From a virus (taxonomy: Duplodnaviria; Caudoviricetes), in IMG/VR virus record IMGVR_UViG_3300025121_000014, positions 32,001-96,000 of that record: a stretch of 64,000 nucleotides of DNA; one strand, written 5' to 3'. This document shows, piece by piece, positions 18,085-26,892 of this stretch. The position numbers were made by a program, and so were the translations under genes. The notes below the pieces were generated by a model. The model was given only the letters and a program-made list of their open reading frames with translations. It ran no database searches and was not told the DNA's origin. The stretch's first letter is position 1. Each line of letters opens with the position of its first letter.

Positions 18085-19140
18085 ATGAATACATTTAAAC
18101 AATTTAATGAAAATATAAGAGATGTTCTTTTACCTAAAAGTAAAGAAGAAATTGGTAAAGCATTACAAAGATTTACAAATAATGATGATTTAATAAGATA
18201 TATAATAAAATATAAATTGCCATATGAATTTTTACCTAGAAATGAAGAAGGTAGATGTGTTATTAATAAAAATCTTTATTATGCTTCTTCAAATATTGAA
18301 ATATTACCGGATAATTTTACTGTTAATGGTATGTTAGATATATCATATTCTTCAATAAAAGAATTACCAGATGGTTTAATAGTTAGAGATGATTTATGGT
18401 GTTTAGATACAGATATAACTAAATTAAAAGATGATACAATAATTGGAGGTAAAACATTCTTTAAAACAACTTATAAAGTATATGAAAGTGTAAAAAATGT
18501 TCTTCTACCTAAATCAATTGATAAAATTAAAGATGCAATGAAAGGTAAAAATATTTATTCTAAAATATATACAATTAAAAATACACCAGATTTAGAAAAA
18601 ATTTTTAGATATCCATCTAAAAAAAAATTATATGATGTAATAAATAAACCATTTGAAAATTATGAACAAGTTTATAAAGATATAATAGATGATAAAAAAA
18701 TCAAATTTAGTAAAGTAAGAATGAATGATGTAGAATATTTTCAGTTATATCAATTAATAGTTGATTATATTAAAGTAATATGTAACACCGAAAAAAAAAT
18801 ATTTGAATTTGCACCTAATACACATGTTATTAGAGTTTTTGGTGTAATTTTAAATCATTTGGAATCTGAATATATATTTAAACCTGTTTATAAGGAAAAC
18901 GGATTTGATATTTTTAAATTAGCAAAAAAAATTTTTAATAGAGATTTATTATTGCAAAACGGTCATATAGAAGTAAATGATGCCTATAAAAAATATACAA
19001 AAAGTCAAATTAGAATAGATATTAATTCAATTAACTATAAATTTAGTGATATAACTTCACCATATTGGTCAAATTTACATGGTTGGGAGATAGAAAGAAA
19101 ATATGTTAAGAAACACGAAAGAAAATTCGGTAAAACATAA
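18085..19140 (+). CDS. Two-module CTS-like protein with LRR repeats
   Basis: MNTFKQFNENIRDVLLPKS, IEILPDNFTVNGML repeats, and an internal second module YESVKNVLLPKS. Confidence 0.78.
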   Translation: MNTFKQFNENIRDVLLPKSKEEIGKALQRFTNNDDLIRYIIKYKLPYEFLPRNEEGRCVINKNLYYASSNIEILPDNFTVNGMLDISYSSIKELPDGLIVRDDLWCLDTDITKLKDDTIIGGKTFFKTTYKVYESVKNVLLPKSIDKIKDAMKGKNIYSKIYTIKNTPDLEKIFRYPSKKKLYDVINKPFENYEQVYKDIIDDKKIKFSKVRMNDVEYFQLYQLIVDYIKVICNTEKKIFEFAPNTHVIRVFGVILNHLESEYIFKPVYKENGFDIFKLAKKIFNRDLLLQNGHIEVNDAYKKYTKSQIRIDINSINYKFSDITSPYWSNLHGWEIERKYVKKHERKFGKT

Positions 19141-19172
19141 TTAATATATAAATAAAAAATAATTGTGTTTTA

Positions 19173-19565
19173 ATGAAAAATATCAAAAACTTTGACAAAT
19201 TTATAAGTGAAAGTATTACTAATTTATTAACGTCTAAACCAAACGATGAAATCATTAAAAAACCTATAGGATATATGACATATAGAATATTAAAATTCGT
19301 TAGTGAACATCCAGAAGGTATTAGACGTAAAGATTTAATAAAAATGATATTTGATATAAAATACGAAGACACTTTAATAACTTATGATACAAGTAAACAT
19401 TCTAGGTTTTATAGTAGTTTCTTTTCTAATACTAATTTATTAAATAAAACAGGTAAAGGAAATAATGCTAAATGGTATATAAACGCAAATGGTTTAGATA
19501 AATTAAAATATTATGAAAAAAAATTTAAAGATTATGATATTGAAAAAATTAAAAAAATAATTTAA
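19173..19565 (+). CDS. CTS-like protein with a possible winged-helix domain
   Basis: MKNIKNFDKFISE; ILKFVSEHPEGIRRKDLI...WYINANG. Confidence 0.7.
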   Translation: MKNIKNFDKFISESITNLLTSKPNDEIIKKPIGYMTYRILKFVSEHPEGIRRKDLIKMIFDIKYEDTLITYDTSKHSRFYSSFFSNTNLLNKTGKGNNAKWYINANGLDKLKYYEKKFKDYDIEKIKKII

Positions 19566-19570
19566 ATATT

Positions 19571-21079
19571 ATGTTACTTAAAAAATATAATGATTTTATG
19601 ATTGACAAATTACTTTTAGAATCATTAAATGAATTTAAATTTATTTTATCAGGTCGTTTAAAAAATATATTAAAAAATATAAATAGTGAAATATCTGATG
19701 CATTACTAGCATTACATAATGATGATGATTATAAAAGTAAAAAAACGTTTATAGATATTAATGAAAGAGATGATGAAACTTTAACATTAATTCAAGCAAA
19801 TAAAGCTACTGAAATATTAAAAATAGATAATCAAGAATATTTAGATAATAATCCTTATTCAATACAGCGATATAAAAAATTAAAATCTGATCATGATGTA
19901 TATAATAAACATAGAATATCCGTAAGAGTAGGTCGTTTAATTAATTATTTATTTCCTAATAGATTTCCTAGTGCTTCACCAACAGATATTACCAAAAAAT
20001 CAAAAGATATTGAAAATTTTGTTAGAATGTATAAATCTATTGTTTTTCAAAACGAAAGATTTAAATTATTAGATTTGGTAAATGGTGATAATATATCATA
20101 CTGGTATGATTGTAATAATTATGATAGTAGTGATTCTGGATCATTAGGTAGTTCTTGTATGGCAAGTGTATATGAAGAATATTTTGAAATATATGTTAAT
20201 AATCCAAATACTATACAATTATTAATATTATATTCTGATAATTCTAAATCATATATATCTGGAAGAGCCTTAGTTTGGACATTATATGAACCAGAAAATG
20301 GTAGAAAATATATGGATAGAATTTATACAAATGATAGTTCAGATGAACAAGTATTTATTGATTATGCTAAAGAAAATGGTTGGTTATTTAGATCATCACA
20401 AGGTTGGAATAATACTGATATTGTTGATTCATTAACAAATCAAACTATTAATACGAATTTAATGGTTCGTACAACTAAAGACGATTATAGTTATTATCCT
20501 TGGATGGATACTATGTGTTATTATAGTCCGGAACTTGGAATTTTATCTAATAAATCAAATAATTTACGACTATATCTGCAATCACAAGATGGTTCAAGTT
20601 CAACAAATAGTGATTATTATGAAAATGAAGATGATACTTATATATTTAGTAAATATGAAGGGGAAGATATACTTCGAAGAACCGCAGTATATTGTTATTA
20701 TGGAGATGATTGGGTTCATACATCAGTAGCCAAAAGAGTATTTAATGCGGGATTAGTAACAAATCCAGATGGGACTAATAGAATTTATTCTATTCCTGTA
20801 CATCCTGATGTTGTTAGATCATATATTCCTGATATTAATTATGATAAACATTTTCCAAAGAAAAAATGTATTTGGTCAATTTATTTAAATGCTTGGATTT
20901 TTAAAGATAGTAAAGTAAAAATATATCTAGATGTAAATAGAGAAAAATTTGGATATGACCACAAAAAACGTAAAGATATAAATTTTGGAAAAGTAGGTAG
21001 AGTTCATTATGTAATTGAATTACTTGAAAAAAATGAAAATGATCAATGGAAATTAAAAAAAGAAAATGAAAAAGTTTAA
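19571..21079 (+). CDS. Phage hypothetical protein with SCM/RALVW/MDRIY/YPWMDT motifs and CTS-like N-terminus
   Basis: 502 aa. Motif set recalled from large-phage hypothetical proteins; function unknown. Confidence 0.75.
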   Translation: MLLKKYNDFMIDKLLLESLNEFKFILSGRLKNILKNINSEISDALLALHNDDDYKSKKTFIDINERDDETLTLIQANKATEILKIDNQEYLDNNPYSIQRYKKLKSDHDVYNKHRISVRVGRLINYLFPNRFPSASPTDITKKSKDIENFVRMYKSIVFQNERFKLLDLVNGDNISYWYDCNNYDSSDSGSLGSSCMASVYEEYFEIYVNNPNTIQLLILYSDNSKSYISGRALVWTLYEPENGRKYMDRIYTNDSSDEQVFIDYAKENGWLFRSSQGWNNTDIVDSLTNQTINTNLMVRTTKDDYSYYPWMDTMCYYSPELGILSNKSNNLRLYLQSQDGSSSTNSDYYENEDDTYIFSKYEGEDILRRTAVYCYYGDDWVHTSVAKRVFNAGLVTNPDGTNRIYSIPVHPDVVRSYIPDINYDKHFPKKKCIWSIYLNAWIFKDSKVKIYLDVNREKFGYDHKKRKDINFGKVGRVHYVIELLEKNENDQWKLKKENEKV

Positions 21080-21140
21080 ATAATTTATAAATGAAAATTT
21101 AAAATATAATAAGTATAACTTAAAAATAAATGAAAAATAA
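21066..21140 (+). pseudogene. Degenerate CTS stub (MKKFK*FINEN...)
   Basis: Near-identical to 21404ff (MKKFKQFINEN) but with CAA changed to TAA. Total 25 codons. Confidence 0.55.
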
Positions 21141-21395
21141 ATGAAAAGCATAAAAAAATTTAATAATTTCTTAAATGAAGGATTAAGCACAAGTAATAAA
21201 TTAGAAATAAAATATGTTAATATACATGGTGAAGAAATGATATTAAAATATGATGGAGTAGAAAGTACATTTTTTCATAGTGACATAACTGACATACCTA
21301 TTCCCTTACGATCTACTACTTTAGATGATTTTATTTTAAATAATGAAGAACAAAAAGTAATTGATTGTTTTTTATCTTTAGTGGATATAAATTAA
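21141..21395 (+). CDS. Small CTS-like protein (MKSIKKFNNFLNE)
   Basis: 84-aa ORF with the shared N-terminal motif. Confidence 0.7.
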   Translation: MKSIKKFNNFLNEGLSTSNKLEIKYVNIHGEEMILKYDGVESTFFHSDITDIPIPLRSTTLDDFILNNEEQKVIDCFLSLVDIN

Positions 21396-21403
21396 AAAAG
21401 AAA

Positions 21404-21934
21404 ATGAAAAAGTTTAAACAATTCATAAATGAAAATATTAAAGATTTACTTAAAGGTAAAACAGAAGAAGAAATAAATAAAAATATAATTAATTTAAGTT
21501 CTTATGAAAAATTAAAATTAGCAAAAAAATATGAATTTAAATTATCAGATGTCGATGAAAAAGATGCTATTAAATCTGCGCTTATATATAATCCTGAAGA
21601 ATTAATTTTAGATTTAAAATATGATTATGATGATTTATCTAAAATAGTTTCTGATGAAGAAATTAAAAAAGGATTAAAAAGTATTACAAAACGTTTATTT
21701 AACATTATGAAAGGTAATAACAGAGAAAATGCATTTGAAGAATTAGAAAAAGTAGTATTTTATCTTTTTAAAAATGGATATCTATATGATAACACAGATA
21801 CACTTGGTAATTTATGGTTTAAACATAAAACATATGATAAATATAAAGGTGGTAGCACTACTTGGAATGGATATAATACATTAAGTGATGCGATAGATTA
21901 TGTTACTAGGATGCAAAAATTAAATAATTCATAA
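21404..21934 (+). CDS. CTS-like protein (MKKFKQFINE-NIKDLLKGKT)
   Basis: Start moved from the track's TTG at 21365 to ATG 21404, where the motif begins. Confidence 0.75.
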   Translation: MKKFKQFINENIKDLLKGKTEEEINKNIINLSSYEKLKLAKKYEFKLSDVDEKDAIKSALIYNPEELILDLKYDYDDLSKIVSDEEIKKGLKSITKRLFNIMKGNNRENAFEELEKVVFYLFKNGYLYDNTDTLGNLWFKHKTYDKYKGGSTTWNGYNTLSDAIDYVTRMQKLNNS

Positions 21935-21984
21935 ACGATAATATTAATAATTCATTTAATCTACATTTTTTAATATATAATAAT

Positions 21985-22068
21985 AAAAAATATTGTAAAG
22001 ATAATAATATAAATCTTTTAAGAATTAAATATGATGAAAATATAAAAGAAAAATTAAATATTGTTTTA
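21985..22068 (+). pseudogene. C-terminal remnant of a DUF723/PD-(D/E)xK homing-type endonuclease
   Basis: Reads KKYCKDNNINLLRIKYDENIKEKLNIVL, against FCKDNNIKLIRIKYNENIKEKL in 10670-11182. No start codon. Confidence 0.65.
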
Positions 22069-22096
22069 AAAACAAAAAAAACAAAAAAGATAAAAA

Positions 22097-23413
22097 ATGA
22101 GTAAAATGATTAAATTAGATAACAAAATAACAGAAGAAGAATTTATACAAAGTTTATCTGATAAAGAACTTATCATCTATGAAGATATCCAGGGATCGAA
22201 AGTTTACGTGAAGTTTGATGGAGATAGATTTATTATAAAACCACGAAGTTTTAAAAATGAAGAATTAAATTTTGTAGATTTAGCAGTACAACGCTATTAT
22301 AATATGATTTTCGCGTTCTTCCATTCACTTCCACGATATATTACAGATATTATAAATAGAAACTGGTGGTTCTGCTTTCAGTATCTTTACGATGAATCTG
22401 GAAGCCATACTAAATATAATAAAATACCTAAAAATAATTTAATATTAACATCAATAGTAAAAGGTAGTAAACATAAATTTAATTATGATGAAATAGTAGA
22501 ATATTCTAATTTATTTGATGTTGAACCATTACCTGTAATTTTTAAAGGTGAACTATTACCAAAACAATTAGAAGTTATTGCATTATTTTTAAAATCAAGT
22601 GTAGAAGATTTAAAATTTGTATTTGGTGATGATAATTTTGCAAAATTTTTCTATAATATTTTAAATGTTAAAATAGAAAATTCTTTTTTAATGGATAATA
22701 ATTTTAATGATAATTTAGAAAAAATTATTATTAGAATTGACGGTGATGATAGATTTTCATTTGAAATATTGAACCCGTTATTTAAGAAAAATTTAAGTGA
22801 TAATGCAACTGAATATGCACAAATATTTAGTTTAATTATTGTTAACTTTTTAGAATTTTTACAATTAAAAAATATTAAAAAATATAAACCAAAAGGATTA
22901 ACAAAAGATGAAATGTATATTAATTTAATATCTATAATTTTTAATGAATATATGGATAATATTAAAGATGATATTAAAGATTGGGAAATATCTATTCCTA
23001 AATTTATTAAAGATGATAAATTTAAATTAAATACAAATTTAATTAGAAATAAAATAACAAAAGAATATGTTCAATCTAGTGAAAAAATAGAATATCTTTT
23101 TAAAATAATTCTTGGAAATTTTAATAGGTATCGTAATGAGAATAAGATTATGGGTGTCTTTACAGAAAAAACTGTTGAATTACTTAACAAAAAAGTTGAA
23201 GAAATTAATAAATATTTAGAAGAACAACTTAAAATATACAGAGATTACCGCTTCCAACAGATTGATTTGCTGAACTTTAGGGATTACTTTGATTTAAAAT
23301 TTGATAAAGATGCTTCGGGAACCATATATCCAGATATTTCGGTCGAATTTGAAGATGAACAAGAAACTGAAACAAGTAAAAAGGGAAAGAAAGGTAAGTG
23401 GGAAAAAAAATGA
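22097..23413 (+). CDS. RNA-ligase (Rnl2-type nucleotidyltransferase)-fold protein, probably catalytically degenerate
   Basis: YEDIQGSK (motif I with Lys replaced by Asp), FCFQY, PLPVIFKG, LEKIIIR and FEILNPLF occur in ligase motif order. Confidence 0.5.
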   Translation: MSKMIKLDNKITEEEFIQSLSDKELIIYEDIQGSKVYVKFDGDRFIIKPRSFKNEELNFVDLAVQRYYNMIFAFFHSLPRYITDIINRNWWFCFQYLYDESGSHTKYNKIPKNNLILTSIVKGSKHKFNYDEIVEYSNLFDVEPLPVIFKGELLPKQLEVIALFLKSSVEDLKFVFGDDNFAKFFYNILNVKIENSFLMDNNFNDNLEKIIIRIDGDDRFSFEILNPLFKKNLSDNATEYAQIFSLIIVNFLEFLQLKNIKKYKPKGLTKDEMYINLISIIFNEYMDNIKDDIKDWEISIPKFIKDDKFKLNTNLIRNKITKEYVQSSEKIEYLFKIILGNFNRYRNENKIMGVFTEKTVELLNKKVEEINKYLEEQLKIYRDYRFQQIDLLNFRDYFDLKFDKDASGTIYPDISVEFEDEQETETSKKGKKGKWEKK

Positions 23414-23599
23414 TAATTTTAAAAATTATCTTTTAAGTTAATACCCCTTTTAATCAAATCATCTTTTATTAAATTTTCAATATATTTTGATTTAGTACTA
23501 TAATACCCATTTAGATAATATTAATGTATATACGATAGAAAACATTTGTAAATTAACAGATGAAGAAGAATTTATAAGTTATAAAAATTTTATTTAAAT

Positions 23600-23615
23600 T
23601 GTTCCACGTGGAACA
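23600..23615. promoter_or_regulatory. parS (ParB/Spo0J-binding) site
   Basis: TGTTCCACGTGGAACA inside a perfect 24-bp palindrome at 23596-23619. Confidence 0.8.
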
Positions 23616-23620
23616 ATTTT

Positions 23621-23650
23621 AAAAAGGTCAGTTCAATTCTGACCTTTTTT
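23621..23650. terminator. Intrinsic terminator, probably bidirectional
   Basis: aaaaaggtcag-ttcaatt-ctgacctttttt. Confidence 0.75.
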
Positions 23651-23702
23651 GTTTATGCTAATTTTAAATTTAATATATAGAAATAAATTTAAAATATTTT
23701 AA

Positions 23703-25100
23703 ATGTCAAATCAAACAATTAGGATAGCAGAGATACTTAAAAACCTTAATTTATCAAATGTAAATATACCATATGATTCATATTCTTTAACAAAGTTGAA
23801 ATTAAATACAACTACAACAACAAGAACTATAAAATATGGATTTTTAGGTGATGATATAACATTCTTATTATTAAAAATTACTTATGATGATCAAAATCCG
23901 TTTTCCATAATTGAAGAAAATCAAAATATAGAATATTGGTTTGAAGATGAACCAACAATAATAAGAAAAGCACATAAACTATTACTTTTTACAGGAAATT
24001 CAACACATAGAATTCCACAAATTTATTTAAAAAATACTAGTGGATTAAAAGTTGATATTGATATTTTAATGGCTAATTTATCACAATCAGATATAGATAT
24101 TTTAACATTCCCTAATAAAATTATTACATATTCAGGATTATATTATAATTCCATTCGTTCAAATACATATTGGAATGCAACCGCAAATGTTAGTGGATCG
24201 TCACAATTTGAAATATATGATTTAGATGATGTTAGATTATTATCATTACCTTATTTAGATTTACCAACATTCAATTTAAGTGGTAAAAAAATTACTATAA
24301 TATTAACAGGTACAACATATATTTTAGATTTTGTTAATGAATTTGAAATGTATCAAGCAAATAGTAGAATGTTATGGGTTATGGAAGAAGAATATATTAG
24401 ATATTTATCTAAAACTAATCCTACATTAGATATTATTGAACCTACATTTATTTTAAATAATAATATAACTCCATTAGATTTAACTGGTAATACATATATT
24501 TATCAATATATTACAGGAACTACAATAATTAAAGACGATATATTATTCCACTTTATAAGCGGAATTATAGATAATAGAGATGGTATTATAAATATAAGTG
24601 GATGTACTGTTGAAATTTATGATAGTAATATGGTTTCATTAACTGGCATTACAGAAAGTGGTGATTATAATATTATAATTTATATAAAAGATAATGCTAA
24701 TAATATCATATTAGTAAATTATATTTTAAAAGTAGGTGCATATGTTATTATTGTAGAAAACGAAACATATATATTACCTACTGAAAATACTGAATTAAGT
24801 GTTATATATAGTGGTAGTGAAAATACAACATCTAATTTAGTTATAAGTGGAACAACAATAATAATATCTAATTCTGGTGGTAGTTTTGTTTGGGATTTAG
24901 GTGGTATTGATCAACATATATTTACATATATCGGAGAAACTATAATAGTTACTATTTCTAGTATAAACTATACTATTACTTGGAATGGATATGGTAGTTT
25001 AGTATTTAATTTAAAAATGATTACTGACTGGTTATTGAGTTCTGGTTATTGGGATAGTTCTAAAATTTGGGATAGTGACGAATATTGGATTAGTGCTTAA
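23703..25100 (+). CDS. Putative virion structural protein, paralogue of 27847-29565
   Basis: Shares LLKITYD...KLLLxTGNSTxRxPQIYLxN...FEMYQAxSRxLW with 27847. C-terminal GYWDSSKIWDSDEYW. Confidence 0.7.
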   Translation: MSNQTIRIAEILKNLNLSNVNIPYDSYSLTKLKLNTTTTTRTIKYGFLGDDITFLLLKITYDDQNPFSIIEENQNIEYWFEDEPTIIRKAHKLLLFTGNSTHRIPQIYLKNTSGLKVDIDILMANLSQSDIDILTFPNKIITYSGLYYNSIRSNTYWNATANVSGSSQFEIYDLDDVRLLSLPYLDLPTFNLSGKKITIILTGTTYILDFVNEFEMYQANSRMLWVMEEEYIRYLSKTNPTLDIIEPTFILNNNITPLDLTGNTYIYQYITGTTIIKDDILFHFISGIIDNRDGIINISGCTVEIYDSNMVSLTGITESGDYNIIIYIKDNANNIILVNYILKVGAYVIIVENETYILPTENTELSVIYSGSENTTSNLVISGTTIIISNSGGSFVWDLGGIDQHIFTYIGETIIVTISSINYTITWNGYGSLVFNLKMITDWLLSSGYWDSSKIWDSDEYWISA

Positions 25101-25143
25101 ACTACAACCAAATTAAAAATAATATAAAAAAAAATAAAATAAA

Positions 25144-26661
25144 ATGGCAAAAATAAATCAATTCGTAGATGGTGAAATAGGTTCATCTATATTATCTAAA
25201 ATAAATGAAGCAATGAAAACTGTCGAAATATCTGGTGATGTTTTATCAGGAGATGGGACTAGTGGAAATACACTTACGGCGGATTCTTATACAAAATCTT
25301 ATATAGATAATGTATTAACTGTATCTGGCGGAACAACATATACTAGTGGAAATGGAATTACAGTAACAGGAACAACTATTAATTTGGGTGGCACATTAGA
25401 TGAAGGATCAACATATATATTAGGACAATCTTTTAATAGTTCTTTAATTATAGGTGATGAAATAAATGCAAGTCAAAGGTTAAGTTATTTTAATGTAATT
25501 ACTGATCAAAATGATATTAGTTATCAAAAATTAACTCTAGATGAATCTGGTGTTAAATTAACAGATATAGATTTATCTAGTGATGAATATAGTCGGTTAA
25601 CAGTTAAAGATCACGGAATTTATGCAAATACATCTAAAATAATAGGAATTAAACCTAATTTTCAAATTGGTGAGTCTTCATCTAGCACTAGATTTAGAAA
25701 TTTTAATTTTTATGGAACTTTAGTTGGTGGTGATTTATATGTTGATTTTGGAACAGATGAAAATGCTGAATCATTTTATGTTAAATCTGGAAATAATATA
25801 AATTTTAATGATAAAAAATCTAGCTTGGAAATGCTAATTGATGAATTAACATTATCAGTAAGTAATTTAACATCAGAAAATAGAGTTACTTTAGCTTTTC
25901 ATGAAACTAGTCTAGATATATATACTAATAGTGGTACTACATTCGGTGGTATAAAATATCTATATGATTATTCTGATAATTATACAAACAGATCTTTAGT
26001 AGATAAATCTTATGTAGATACTGCTATTTTTAATTCTGGTGGAACTTCATATACTAGTGGAAATGGAATTACAGTAACAGGAACAACTATTAATTTGGGT
26101 GGTGATTTAACAGCAAATACTATAATAGAATTAACGGGAAATGAGTATACATTAATAATACATACTATAGTAGATCAGTATTATACCAAGTTTAGAGCTG
26201 GTGAAATTGATGTATCGTCTGATGATGAATCACTTAAAGCAGTACATAATATATTAGGATTTTATGTACAAAGTAATAATTATAATATTCAAATAAACAA
26301 TAACCAGATACAATTTGGTAATAATTATACTAGTTATTTAACTACGAATATAAATTCTAGTTCTATTATTGTTAATAGTGGTAATCCTACTTTTTCGGGA
26401 TTGACGTATTCATCAGATTATTCTGCTAATTATACAAATAGAAGTTTAGTAGATAAATCTTATGTAGATAGTTATTATATATCTGGATTTACAGATGATA
26501 TTCCAACAAATGCAGAAATAGTAGCAGTATTAGGAACAGCTTCATCTAAAGGTGCAGGTTTTAAAGCAACTCTTAAAGATAATACAGGTACATCATTGAC
26601 ATATTTTGTTGTATCTGATGGTACTGATTGGTATTATTATACAGGAACAAAAGCGGTATAA
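25144..26661 (+). CDS. Tail-fibre-like protein
   Basis: MAKINQFVDGE N-terminus is shared with 50611 and 54930. YTNRSLVDKSYVD repeats. Exact 55-bp internal duplication at 25337-25391 and 26048-26102. Confidence 0.7.
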   Translation: MAKINQFVDGEIGSSILSKINEAMKTVEISGDVLSGDGTSGNTLTADSYTKSYIDNVLTVSGGTTYTSGNGITVTGTTINLGGTLDEGSTYILGQSFNSSLIIGDEINASQRLSYFNVITDQNDISYQKLTLDESGVKLTDIDLSSDEYSRLTVKDHGIYANTSKIIGIKPNFQIGESSSSTRFRNFNFYGTLVGGDLYVDFGTDENAESFYVKSGNNINFNDKKSSLEMLIDELTLSVSNLTSENRVTLAFHETSLDIYTNSGTTFGGIKYLYDYSDNYTNRSLVDKSYVDTAIFNSGGTSYTSGNGITVTGTTINLGGDLTANTIIELTGNEYTLIIHTIVDQYYTKFRAGEIDVSSDDESLKAVHNILGFYVQSNNYNIQINNNQIQFGNNYTSYLTTNINSSSIIVNSGNPTFSGLTYSSDYSANYTNRSLVDKSYVDSYYISGFTDDIPTNAEIVAVLGTASSKGAGFKATLKDNTGTSLTYFVVSDGTDWYYYTGTKAV

Positions 26662-26724
26662 AATAAAAATTATAATATAATTATATTTAATATATAGAAT
26701 ATAAAAATACATATGTAAATATAA

Positions 26725-26892
26725 GTGATATTACAGATAATTTTTCAAATTAATGATGTATGGAATAATATTGAAGAAAATCCAAAAATTGATTTAAGAT
26801 TTACAAATATAAATCCTATATATTTAGTTAATCTTGGTGAAATGGTAGATGCCGATTTATTAACAGACACATTTAATAATAGTATTTTATAA
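26725..26892 (+). CDS. Possible 55-aa ORF or truncated gene
   Basis: GTG-started open frame downstream of TTAATATATA (26687-26696), ending where the convergent nuclease ends. Confidence 0.25.
   Translation: MILQIIFQINDVWNNIEENPKIDLRFTNINPIYLVNLGEMVDADLLTDTFNNSIL

Noticed and set aside
23414-23580. Minus-strand fragment YLNGYYSTKSKYIENLIKDDLIKRG resembling a ribbon-helix-helix tail next to parS
   Set aside because: It has no start codon and an in-frame stop immediately upstream, so it is too short to support.
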